From: a virus
IMG/VR virus record: IMGVR_UViG_3300031541_000012
Coordinates: 89,494-153,493 of that record
DNA length: 64,000 nt
Reading direction: 5' to 3' (one strand)
The notes under the pieces are model-generated. The model had not been told where the DNA came from. It ran no database searches and saw nothing but the letters and a program-made list of their open reading frames with translations. Below, one piece after another: positions 1 through 8,598 of this stretch (positions are counted from its first letter, which is position 1; each line of letters begins with the position of its first letter). The position numbers and the translations under genes were made by a program.

Positions 1-1
1 C

Positions 2-151
2 TTCTATGAGTTTTGGACTCGTATGAGGAACGTAGTAGGGCAAGACATAAACCCCTACGATCCTGGTGTAGACGCACACATAACTCAAGTCGATCCACTG
101 ATAAGCTTTTACAAAGAGGAACATCTGGTGATGTTCAAACTTGCATGGTAG
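2..151 (+). CDS. 3' end of a small hypothetical protein (partial, not in ORF track)
   Basis: Frame 2 is open from the window edge: FYEFWTRMRNVVGQDINPYDPGVDAHITQVDPLISFYKEEHLVMFKLAW*, TAG at 149-151. It overlaps the next ATG at 145. Confidence 0.7.
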   Translation, partial: FYEFWTRMRNVVGQDINPYDPGVDAHITQVDPLISFYKEEHLVMFKLAW

Positions 152-447
152 CCAGAGCATCAAGGTATAGCACTGAATCTCTCATGGAAGTGTTCGGCAC
201 CCCTAACCCAGATCGCATGGCGGTAGAACGGTGGAAACAAACATGGCGGGACACTGCGGGCAGAATCGAAGTCAAAAACTTCAACGCATCAGTCAAGCTG
301 CTAAATGAAAGCGATGTTGACCCGCTGTTTTATCAGTTCTTTGCCGAACACGCAGAGACCACAGATGACAGTGCAGAGCGTTACTTTGTAGTATTCTACA
401 AAGATGAACATGAAGTTTTCTTTAAGCTTCACCAAGGTTTGGCTTGA
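145..447 (+). CDS. hypothetical protein, paralogue of upstream gene
   Basis: ORF track gives 13..447, but the ATG at 145 coupled to the upstream stop is the more likely start. C-terminal FYKDEHEVFFKL matches upstream FYKEEHLVMFKL. Confidence 0.7.
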   Translation: MVARASRYSTESLMEVFGTPNPDRMAVERWKQTWRDTAGRIEVKNFNASVKLLNESDVDPLFYQFFAEHAETTDDSAERYFVVFYKDEHEVFFKLHQGLA

Positions 448-472
448 CATTTGGTAACCGAACTAATACTAT
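444..472 (+). promoter_or_regulatory. sigma70-type promoter
   Basis: TTGACA (444-449), 17 nt spacer, TACTAT (467-472), upstream of SD AGAGGT and ATG 499. Confidence 0.8.
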
Positions 473-498
473 GAATATAAACGTAACAGAGGTATGTC

Positions 499-1845
499 AT
501 GACTCAGAAAGCTAACGAAGACCTGAAGAAGCACGAAGGCAAGGAATATATGACCGATGAGATCACTGACGATCTCAAGCAAAAGGCATATGAGACTCTT
601 GTCAAGGCGCGTATGACTTTGCTGTTTAAGCACCCGTTCTTCGGGCAGCTTGCTCTGCGTTTGACACTGACACCTGCCAGCCGTAAGTGGTGCCCTACCG
701 CTGCAACTGACGGCAAGAAGTTCTACTACAACCCTGCATTTATTACGCGACTAGACGACAAGGAGAACGTTTTCCTTGTTGCACACGAGCTGGGCCACTG
801 CATTTACGAACACTTCATGCGCCGTGGCGGACGTGACCCGCAGTTGTTCAACATCGCAGGCGACTACATTATCAACAACACCCTGGACACTGAGATTGTC
901 AAGAAGGGTGACTATGCCCGCATTATCGACTATGTGAAGCCGTTCCTTAACCACAAGTATGACGGCTGGACAACTGAAGAAGTTTATGACGATCTTCAGC
1001 AACAGAAAGACGCTGGCGGCAAGCCTGAAGAAGATGGTGACCTGATTGACGTTCATATTGATATGAGCGGCAGTGGTGGTCAAGGCGACGATGACGGCGA
1101 AGGCGTTGAGGTCGAAGGTGAAGGCGGCGGTGGCGGCGATGAAGATGGCGACGGACTTGCTGGCAAGCCAGATCCACTGACTGAAGAAGAGAAGAAGCAA
1201 CTCAGCAACGAGATGAAAGATGCCGTGCTGCAAGCTGCCGCAAGCTCAGGTGCAGGCAACGTTCCTGCTGACATGAAGCGCATGATCAAGGAATTGGTTG
1301 AGCCTGAAATGGATTGGCGCGAAATTATCCGCGCACAGGTTGAAAGCTCGCTCAAGTCAGACTTTACCTGGCTGCGTCCTAACCGTAAGGGTTGGCACAT
1401 GAGCGCCGTGTTGCCTGGTATGGACCGCGACGTTATGATTGATGTCGCACTGGCGATTGACACTTCCGGTTCCATCAGCCAGTCCATGCTTACAGAGTTT
1501 GTGAGCGAGATTGCAGGCATCATGGACCAATATGACCAGTACCGTATCCGTATTTGGCAGTTTGACACCAGTGTTTATGGTTACGATGAGTTCACAAGCG
1601 ATGACGGTCGTGACATCCGTGAGTATGAAATTAAAGGCGGTGGTGGCACTGACTTTATGGTCAACTGGACCTACATGGAAAACAACGAAATTGAACCTGA
1701 CCAGTTCATCGTGTTTACTGATGGTATGCCATACGGCGGCTGGGGTAACCCAGACTACTGTGACACTGTGTTCCTGATCCACACTGCATACGGACGCCCT
1801 GAGGCTCCGTTTGGTCAGAGCGTCTACTACGAGGCAAAGAAATAA
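499..1845 (+). CDS. DUF2201-type metallopeptidase plus VWA-like domain protein
   Basis: HELGH (HExxH) zinc motif, acidic G/D/E linker, C-terminal MIDAS DTSGS, GGGTDF and FTDG motifs. Confidence 0.85.
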   Translation: MTQKANEDLKKHEGKEYMTDEITDDLKQKAYETLVKARMTLLFKHPFFGQLALRLTLTPASRKWCPTAATDGKKFYYNPAFITRLDDKENVFLVAHELGHCIYEHFMRRGGRDPQLFNIAGDYIINNTLDTEIVKKGDYARIIDYVKPFLNHKYDGWTTEEVYDDLQQQKDAGGKPEEDGDLIDVHIDMSGSGGQGDDDGEGVEVEGEGGGGGDEDGDGLAGKPDPLTEEEKKQLSNEMKDAVLQAAASSGAGNVPADMKRMIKELVEPEMDWREIIRAQVESSLKSDFTWLRPNRKGWHMSAVLPGMDRDVMIDVALAIDTSGSISQSMLTEFVSEIAGIMDQYDQYRIRIWQFDTSVYGYDEFTSDDGRDIREYEIKGGGGTDFMVNWTYMENNEIEPDQFIVFTDGMPYGGWGNPDYCDTVFLIHTAYGRPEAPFGQSVYYEAKK

Positions 1846-2133
1846 TTGAAGTGGACTAGAGTAAAAGAAGTCAGCGCAGATGACTTGGATCGGCTCGCAA
1901 GGGCCGATTCCCCGCTCTTCATAACTATGTTGCGCCACAAGTTGATCTTGAAATACGATCCCAACGATTTGCGCGCAAAACTTAAAGACATTGGCCTTAT
2001 GGATACAAAAGGTCTTTTCCACATCCGCGACATTCACGAGCGCGGAGACAGTTTTGAGATTTTGTTTGAACTTGATGAAGATCGAGACATGGTCGAACAA
2101 TATCTTACCCAATACAAGCTTGGAATGGATTAA
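1846..2133 (+). CDS. hypothetical protein
   Basis: 95 aa ORF abutting the previous stop, TTG start. Confidence 0.65.
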   Translation: MKWTRVKEVSADDLDRLARADSPLFITMLRHKLILKYDPNDLRAKLKDIGLMDTKGLFHIRDIHERGDSFEILFELDEDRDMVEQYLTQYKLGMD

Positions 2134-2150
2134 ATGCTACGTTAATTAGA

Positions 2151-2156
2151 TAAATA
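2151..2156 (+). promoter_or_regulatory. T4-late-type promoter core TAAATA
   Basis: TAAATA in intergenic gap 2134-2237; the same hexamer recurs in several other intergenic gaps. Confidence 0.5.
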
Positions 2157-2237
2157 AACGTAACATGAAACCCCCCACATAATTGTATTGAATTCGCCGC
2201 AGAGCGGTGTGTATACCTATCACAGGAGATAATCACA

Positions 2238-2510
2238 ATGGCAAAAGCAAAAGAAGCCGTTGATCAGGCAACTGGCGGTGAAGCAGAAGTAACAGCTACT
2301 CAAGCACCACAGTCACCAAGTCTGGACCTAAACGACCTTGCACTTGCATTGCAACTCATGAATGTCGCAATCAAGCGCGGAACATATGAACGAGCAGAAC
2401 TACGTGGCGTCCTTGACGTTACTGACAAGCTCGAAGCCTTCCTGCAATTCCAAGCGCAGGCACAAGCCGCAGCGCAAGCTGCACAAGAAGGCGAAAAAGG
2501 AGAAGGCTAA
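2238..2510 (+). CDS. hypothetical protein
   Basis: Strong SD CAGGAG, 90 aa, Q/A-rich tail. Confidence 0.75.
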   Translation: MAKAKEAVDQATGGEAEVTATQAPQSPSLDLNDLALALQLMNVAIKRGTYERAELRGVLDVTDKLEAFLQFQAQAQAAAQAAQEGEKGEG

Positions 2511-3196
2511 TGGCCGCACTAAAACACACAGGACAGATTAAGAACACAGGGCAACGTTGTGTTGTCGTTTTCCGTGAGATTTACGATGACCAAGGTCATG
2601 TTATTGATGAAAACAACTGCCTAGTTTTTGAGTCCGACAACCTACCTGATGCAGAGCACCAGGATCTCATGCGCATTCTTGAAAGCGAACCGGCACAAGC
2701 GACTGGCGATCTTTACAATGTGCTTGCACGTACACGTCTTGGCAATGGTACGCTTGCGCTTAATTGGCTTGCATCAAGCGGCCGTCTACGCAAGTTTCCA
2801 ACCAACAACATCAACTTGACTCCAGAACCTTCTACTGTTCTTGGGCTAGATGTGCTAAATAGGATTGTGAAGATGCAAAAGGCAGGTGCATCGCAAGCTG
2901 ATATCGAAAACGCACTACGTGACGATACCGATATGGCACCACGCGAAGCAACCAATGTCACTGAAAGTATCCAGGAACAGAATCCTGATGCCGTGGAGAC
3001 TCCTGCTGCTGTAACTGAACAGACAGGCGACACCGCGCTGGACGACACTGCAATTGCAAAGCAACGTCTATCACAGGCTGAGATGTTCGAACAACAGGCA
3101 AAAGAGCTCCGTGATCAAGCATATGAGATGGACCCAAGCCTAAAGCCAAAACGAACACGCAAAGCACCAGCGAAAAAAGCGCCTGCTAAAAAGTAA
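2510..3196 (+). CDS. hypothetical protein
   Basis: 228 aa, TAATG coupling, basic K/A/P C-terminal tail. Confidence 0.75.
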   Translation: MAALKHTGQIKNTGQRCVVVFREIYDDQGHVIDENNCLVFESDNLPDAEHQDLMRILESEPAQATGDLYNVLARTRLGNGTLALNWLASSGRLRKFPTNNINLTPEPSTVLGLDVLNRIVKMQKAGASQADIENALRDDTDMAPREATNVTESIQEQNPDAVETPAAVTEQTGDTALDDTAIAKQRLSQAEMFEQQAKELRDQAYEMDPSLKPKRTRKAPAKKAPAKK

Positions 3197-3208
3197 GGCA
3201 TACGCCAA

Positions 3209-3508
3209 ATGGCAATATACCAACGTGATCGAGACTTTCACAGACTGTTCGCAGATATCGATATTAACGTTGTTCCGCTCAAATTTGTACGTGAGATTGT
3301 CTGTCATCTAGGTGATGGCAGCAAGGTTGTTTTGGGTGAAAGTGATTTCACTCAAGATGATATGGAACACAACGATATCGAAAATCTGGTCCGTAACCTG
3401 TCTTTTTATGATCGTCTCGTAGACCTTTCAATCAGCATTAACTATGATCGTGTTGAAGATAAAACACGTGCTGATGTCGATAAAATTCTAAGCAAATTGA
3501 ATAAATGA
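3209..3508 (+). CDS. hypothetical protein
   Basis: 99 aa, ATGA coupling to DHFR. Confidence 0.7.
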   Translation: MAIYQRDRDFHRLFADIDINVVPLKFVREIVCHLGDGSKVVLGESDFTQDDMEHNDIENLVRNLSFYDRLVDLSISINYDRVEDKTRADVDKILSKLNK

Positions 3509-4020
3509 TCCGAGCAATATTAGCATGTGATTTCGAAGGTGGGATAGGGAGAGATGGATATCTGCCCTGGGCCCACAACAAAAAAGACCTAGCTCACTTT
3601 AAAAGTTTAACCAGCGGAGCAGTGGTCGTAATGGGGAGAGGTACTTGGGAAGGCAAAGGAATGCCCAAGCCTCTCCCCAACCGTTATAACGTTGTCGTGA
3701 CAAGCGACAGGGATTATGTAGCAGAAGGTGCAGACGAAGTCATCCATGATGACTTGTCTGAACACTTGACAAGATTAGCACAAAGTAATACAGTGTACGT
3801 GATTGGTGGCGGTGTTCTGGTCAACCAACTGATAGATCACATACAGATCTTTCACTTGACCCGAATTACTGGCAACTATAATTGCGACGCCTTCATTGAT
3901 TTGAAGGCAATAGAGGAAAAATTTGTCAAGGTCGATGAAGTCGAGATTGACAACATGACACGATTTGAAACTTACTTCACGAGGTACCTAAATGACCTTT
4001 CTCTCCCAACAAAGTTTTGA
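3505..4020 (+). CDS. folA: dihydrofolate reductase
   Basis: GGIGRDGYLPW, DLAHFKSLT, VVMGRGTW, PLPNRYNVVVT and VIGGG motifs. Confidence 0.93.
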   Translation: MIRAILACDFEGGIGRDGYLPWAHNKKDLAHFKSLTSGAVVVMGRGTWEGKGMPKPLPNRYNVVVTSDRDYVAEGADEVIHDDLSEHLTRLAQSNTVYVIGGGVLVNQLIDHIQIFHLTRITGNYNCDAFIDLKAIEEKFVKVDEVEIDNMTRFETYFTRYLNDLSLPTKF

Positions 4021-4621
4021 CGCAGACGGCCAAATTCCAGTCATCAAAAAGAAGCGCAAGATCCTGAAAGAAGACGAAGTGCAAGAAGACGGCAGCATCA
4101 AAGGCAAAGCTGAAGTCAAATACGAACACGAATACCTGACCCGGGATGATCTATTAGAAGTCGGCAACATTCGCGCCGCCGAACTGATGGTAATGGATGA
4201 AGGCGAAGTGTTCTGGGGATACGGTGCACCGCCACTTCACGGCATTGATGAAGACTGCAAGCTTGCACATATGCTGAGCCTTGCTGCCAGCAACATTGCG
4301 ACAATGACCAAGCGTGGTTTTGGAAACACCATGATTGTGCATCCTACGCGCGCCGCTGAAGTTCGTGATTCCTTTACAAAACAGAAATGGGTTCAGCAAT
4401 ACAGTGAGGAAAAGGACGACATGGAAGACGTCCAGATTCCGTATTTCCCTGCTGAGCCTGAAGTGTTTGAAGACGACGGCATGAATCCTGAACAAGTGCT
4501 GGTGATTTACCGCGGTCAAGAAGACGGCGACCAGCCATTGATCTACGTTGAAGGCGAAGGCTTGCTGCTGAATAGCAAGATTGCCCTCGTAGAAGATTAT
4601 GGAAAGTTTGTGGACATTTGA
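3992..4621 (+). CDS. truncated major capsid protein (gp23)-like paralogue
   Basis: LAASNIATMTKRGFGNTMIV and VLVIYRGQEDGDQPLIY resemble the T4 gp23 C-terminal motifs EIARQTGRGEGNFII and FTVGYKGPNEMDAGIYY (recalled, not aligned computationally). Only 209 aa. Confidence 0.55.
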   Translation: MTFLSQQSFDADGQIPVIKKKRKILKEDEVQEDGSIKGKAEVKYEHEYLTRDDLLEVGNIRAAELMVMDEGEVFWGYGAPPLHGIDEDCKLAHMLSLAASNIATMTKRGFGNTMIVHPTRAAEVRDSFTKQKWVQQYSEEKDDMEDVQIPYFPAEPEVFEDDGMNPEQVLVIYRGQEDGDQPLIYVEGEGLLLNSKIALVEDYGKFVDI

Positions 4622-5469
4622 AACATTACCACGATCAACTAGAACAAATCATCCGTGAAGGTGAAGTTCGTACTGACAGAACCGGCATAGGAACCAAATC
4701 AATATTTGGCATGCAAACAAGGTATAGGCTGGGAATTGGTTTCCCAGCCGTCACCACGAAGAAACTTGCATGGCGAGCAGTTGTTAGTGAGCTGCTCTGG
4801 TTCCTAGAAGGCAGCACAGACGAGCGCCGTCTAGCGGAGATACTGCATGGCACACGTGATCCCAGCAAGCGCACTATCTGGACAGACAACGCGCTGAAAC
4901 AAGGTGCTGCACTGGGATACGCACCTACAGACGATGTACGTGAACTGGGTCCAGTCTACGGGCGACAATTCCGCAATGTAAACGGTGTTGACCAAGTAAC
5001 ACAATTGATTCAGCAACTACGTCACGATCCGATGTCACGACGTCATATTATTGACCTGTGGCGTGTTGACGAGATTAAGTGGATGGCCTTGCCGCCGTGC
5101 CATATGATGATGCAATACTACGTGAGCACAGACGGCAGACTTAGTGGTCAAATGTATCAGCGCAGTGCAGACATGTTCCTGGGCGTTCCGTTTAACATTG
5201 CCAGCGAAGCATTGCTTATCCACATCCTCGCGCAAATCTGCGGCCTCAAGGTAGGCGAGTTCGTGCACACAATTGGTGACGCACACGTTTACCTAAATCA
5301 CATGGACCAAGTTGAAGAGCAACTGTCTAGACCAATTCGCCAGTTACCTGAGCTTGTGATGCCACCGTTTAAAAATATTGACAACATGCTCGAAGAGTGT
5401 ATTGTTGACGACTTCAAATTGGTCGGTTATAATCCTCACCCCACCATCAAAGCAGAGATGGCAATATGA
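4618..5469 (+). CDS. thyA: thymidylate synthase
   Basis: DRTGIGTKSIFG, ELLWFL, LGPVYG, MALPPCH catalytic Cys, YQRSADMFLGVPFN and HVYLNH motifs; TTG start; no intron seen. Confidence 0.96.
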   Translation: MKHYHDQLEQIIREGEVRTDRTGIGTKSIFGMQTRYRLGIGFPAVTTKKLAWRAVVSELLWFLEGSTDERRLAEILHGTRDPSKRTIWTDNALKQGAALGYAPTDDVRELGPVYGRQFRNVNGVDQVTQLIQQLRHDPMSRRHIIDLWRVDEIKWMALPPCHMMMQYYVSTDGRLSGQMYQRSADMFLGVPFNIASEALLIHILAQICGLKVGEFVHTIGDAHVYLNHMDQVEEQLSRPIRQLPELVMPPFKNIDNMLEECIVDDFKLVGYNPHPTIKAEMAI

Positions 5470-5828
5470 GAACCGTGATCTTTTTCGTCTTTTTAGCAAT
5501 TGGCATGTTTTCTGCCGCCGCGGTACTTGGGCAAGAGACCATTCCAACTGGATTGGAAGACCATTACCTTTGCAATGCAATGATTGAGTATGGGCACGTT
5601 ATGACCATGGCCGAGATAGCAGCATGTAATCAGAACTACGAGTTACTCAAGTCAAACTTTTTAGTAGTCACACCGCAAGAATACGCTGACATGACTACTG
5701 AGGATCAAGCTTCATCCATGTTGACAGCATACACCGAATTCAAAGAATGGGAAACTGAAAACTTTGATCTAACGGAAAGCTTGCGCGTTGCAATGGGTGA
5801 GATTGCACGAGACTTGCTAGACAAATGA
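5466..5828 (+). CDS. exported hypothetical protein
   Basis: Hydrophobic N-terminal signal-peptide-like segment MRTVIFFVFLAIGMFSAAAVLG. Confidence 0.65.
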   Translation: MRTVIFFVFLAIGMFSAAAVLGQETIPTGLEDHYLCNAMIEYGHVMTMAEIAACNQNYELLKSNFLVVTPQEYADMTTEDQASSMLTAYTEFKEWETENFDLTESLRVAMGEIARDLLDK

Positions 5829-6462
5829 TTACAACATTGGCGGCGGGATACGTATTCTACTATCTAGTAGTAATGATTGGCATCAGTATTGGATACCATC
5901 GTTACTTTTCCCACCGTGCATTTGAAACAACTCCTGCAATGGAATACTTAATGCTGTTCTGCGGTATGCTGTGTGGCGGGCGATCGCCGCTTACATGGGC
6001 GGCTGTGCACCGTATGCACCATGCAACTAGCGACACTGAGAACGACCCACACTCGCCCAAGTATGTAGGCGCGTGGCGTGTTATTACAAGTCAGTGGTCC
6101 ATCAAACACATTCCTCGCAAATACATTGCTGACTTGGTCAAGAATACACGCTTGCAATTCTTCCACCGTTATGGACGTTACATTCACTTCTTTTTCGCTT
6201 TAAATGTTGTCGCATTGCTTGGGTGGCAAGCTTTCTTTATTGTGGTTGTTATTCCGTTTGCCCTAGCCTATATTGGCTTTGGATTGTTAAATTACATGGC
6301 ACATCGTAACGGTGAGCCAGCTGATGTCCCACTAATGAATCTGCTTGCTCCAGGAGAGGGATGCATAAGTATCATCACGAACACCCAAGAGCACATACAC
6401 TCAACCGTTATGATCCTGCAGGCTGGGTTATTGAGAAAAATTTTGACAAGAACAAAGCATGA
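5825..6462 (+). pseudogene. acyl-lipid/acyl-CoA (delta-9-like) fatty acid desaturase with -1 frameshift near 6359
   Basis: His boxes HRYFSH and HRMHH are in frame. The third box and C-terminus (GEG-MHKYHHEHP...YDPAGWVIE) are in the -1 frame from 6361, which ends TGA 6460-6462 in an ATGA overlap with the next gene. Confidence 0.8.
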
Positions 6463-7076
6463 TTAGGCCACCATTCCAAGCACACGACTTCAATGACTTT
6501 TATGACACTGTAACACGTTTACAGGATGATGCTCATGGTGGACGTTACACTGAGCACCACACTGCACTGACAGATTTTGCCTGTGAGTGCGATAGTGTCA
6601 TGGAAATAGGCGTATGCCAGGGCGCAAGCCTTGCAGCCATGATGAAATACGTTAATCGTCCTGGACGAGTAATTGGTGTAGACATTCGTGACAAGCATTT
6701 TCGCCCCCACCAGCACCATTTTGAAGAATATGCACGTCAGCATGATATCGATTTTGAGTTCATTGTAGCTGACAGCACTGCTGGTCCCATTGCAGAAGTT
6801 GATATGCTGCATATTGACTCGCTGCACACACCAGAGCATTTACTCAAAGAATTAAAGATTCATGCGCCTCTGGTAAAGAAATATCTTGCATTCCATGACA
6901 CCAGCAACTATACTGGATGTGAAGGATTGCTAGAGACCATTGCGCATTATATCACCTATGTTGAGCAAAGCTGGCGCATTGTAAGACATGACATTGACAT
7001 ATGCGGGTTTACAGTAATCGAACGGTATGAAAGAGAACCACTCAAGCTAACAAAGCTTAAAGATAGGAAATACTAA
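6459..7076 (+). CDS. class I SAM-dependent methyltransferase (Methyltransf_24-like)
   Basis: VMEIGVCQGAS, IGVDI, DMLHIDSLH and AFHDT motifs. Confidence 0.8.
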   Translation: MIRPPFQAHDFNDFYDTVTRLQDDAHGGRYTEHHTALTDFACECDSVMEIGVCQGASLAAMMKYVNRPGRVIGVDIRDKHFRPHQHHFEEYARQHDIDFEFIVADSTAGPIAEVDMLHIDSLHTPEHLLKELKIHAPLVKKYLAFHDTSNYTGCEGLLETIAHYITYVEQSWRIVRHDIDICGFTVIERYEREPLKLTKLKDRKY

Positions 7077-7474
7077 TGTGTAGAACTGCCCTACTGACTG
7101 TTGCACTTGCCGCGCTGCCTGCCATGGCTGTTGCAAATGATCACAACATTCCCAGCCTAGACAAGGTTGCTCCTCCAGTATGGGAAACATTTTTCATGCC
7201 ACGTGAAGATGGCATGAGCTATACCATGCGCTATGTTAACCTGCAAACAAGCGGAAGCGTTCCTGCTGACGGTAGTGAGCAACTCGACATTGGTGTGGTG
7301 TCATGGTCTACTTCACGCACTCCAAATATTGACTGTACGAACATTCAAGAAGCCCTGTGTTCTGACACGATCACTGTGTATCCTCCTGAAGGATATATTG
7401 CTATTCCAAACGAAGTCACTGCAACTGAACGCACCTTTGTCGATATCCTGATCGTTCCAGAACTGTTTTCCTAA
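7076..7474 (+). CDS. exported hypothetical protein
   Basis: Signal-peptide-like N-terminus ending AMA-VA; TAATG coupling. Confidence 0.65.
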   Translation: MCRTALLTVALAALPAMAVANDHNIPSLDKVAPPVWETFFMPREDGMSYTMRYVNLQTSGSVPADGSEQLDIGVVSWSTSRTPNIDCTNIQEALCSDTITVYPPEGYIAIPNEVTATERTFVDILIVPELFS

Positions 7475-7486
7475 GAACGATGCCCA

Positions 7487-8086
7487 ATGATAGACCTTTT
7501 GGTCCCATTTAAAATAGACTGCCCAGAGCGTGCCGCCAACAGAGATTCGTTTACCAAGCACTATCAAGACAAATACAACTTGGTGTTTATCGAGGACTAT
7601 ACGGAACGAGCACTTGCATTTAATCATGCAGCGGCAGAGTCCACACAAAAATATATTGCACTAGCTGACATTGACGCGCTGGTTCCACTCGATCAAATGC
7701 AAGCTGGCATTGACATGTTGGAACAAGGTTACGATGTAGTTTACCCATTCACACATGTCTTAAATGTGCATCCGGACGGCCGCATAACTGATGACTGGCC
7801 TAGACTTGACCGCCTCAAGTGCGGTCTCATGGTGTTCTTTAACAGAGAAAAGTTCATTGCCTTTGGTGGTGAGAATGAAAACTTTATTGGCTACGGCTGG
7901 GAAGACCAAGAACGATATTACAGGGCGCTAAATAATGGATATAAGGTAGGACGCATTGATGGCGATTGTCACCATTTAGTGCATCCTCGAACCGGGTTCC
8001 AAAACCCGCATCTATACCATAACATGCATTTGATGAACAAGGAAAAAGAACTATGGAAATCCAAAGGATTGATCCAGCTAGATTAG
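7487..8086 (+). CDS. GT-A fold glycosyltransferase (GT2/GT7 galactosyltransferase-like C-terminus)
   Basis: ADIDA DxD motif and FGGENENFIGYGWEDQE motif. Confidence 0.8.
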   Translation: MIDLLVPFKIDCPERAANRDSFTKHYQDKYNLVFIEDYTERALAFNHAAAESTQKYIALADIDALVPLDQMQAGIDMLEQGYDVVYPFTHVLNVHPDGRITDDWPRLDRLKCGLMVFFNREKFIAFGGENENFIGYGWEDQERYYRALNNGYKVGRIDGDCHHLVHPRTGFQNPHLYHNMHLMNKEKELWKSKGLIQLD

Positions 8087-8598
8087 AGTTTACGCATACT
8101 GACGAGCCAACAGATGACACTGAGCGTATGCGACGTCGCGCAGAAATCCGTTACGGCGAAAATTGGGCAAGGCATCGATTCTACCAAAACGCTTACTTGT
8201 TTACTGTAGGCTATCTTGATGGCAAGCCTGAATGGCTGAGCACACTGCAACAAAATCCATATTGGATTGACCTTGGTGTTGTTGGATTCTGCCGCAGATC
8301 ATACATCCAAGTGCACACAGACAATGGAATTACTCCAGGCTATCTTGGAGACTTTGGCGAACCCACCTTCCTTGCACACTACAACAAGGGATTAGAAATG
8401 GGGTTTAAACGCTTTGTACTTACAAGCGACCGCCGCAGCAAAGTCCGTTCAAACATATCACGTCTACCGCGTTACGAAGAACTGACTGGTGTAAAATGGT
8501 ACACCAAAGACGAGCGATACATGACAGTGCCAACGCCTGAATATCAGTATTGCGTCTGGTCAAACGAAGAGGAATGTTACTTTGAAAAGGAAAATTGA
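8053..8598 (+). CDS. hypothetical protein
   Basis: 181 aa ORF coupled on both sides; no motif recognised with confidence. Confidence 0.65.
   Translation: MEIQRIDPARLEFTHTDEPTDDTERMRRRAEIRYGENWARHRFYQNAYLFTVGYLDGKPEWLSTLQQNPYWIDLGVVGFCRRSYIQVHTDNGITPGYLGDFGEPTFLAHYNKGLEMGFKRFVLTSDRRSKVRSNISRLPRYEELTGVKWYTKDERYMTVPTPEYQYCVWSNEEECYFEKEN

Noticed and set aside
13-144. ORF-track N-terminal extension of the first gene
   Set aside because: It overlaps the real upstream gene in frame 2; ATG 145 is coupled to that gene's stop.
1070-1160. GGC/GAx-rich repetitive stretch
   Set aside because: It encodes the Gly/Asp/Glu linker of the peptidase-VWA protein and is not an independent element.
751-2112. 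Long antisense ORFs (751..1233, 1080..1568, 1357..2112) and similar opposite-strand ORFs throughout
   Set aside because: They are shadows of well-supported genes with biased codon usage, and have no motifs or ribosome-binding sites.
4618-5469. Group I intron or intein in thyA
   Set aside because: The ORF is continuous, of normal length, with all motifs contiguous.
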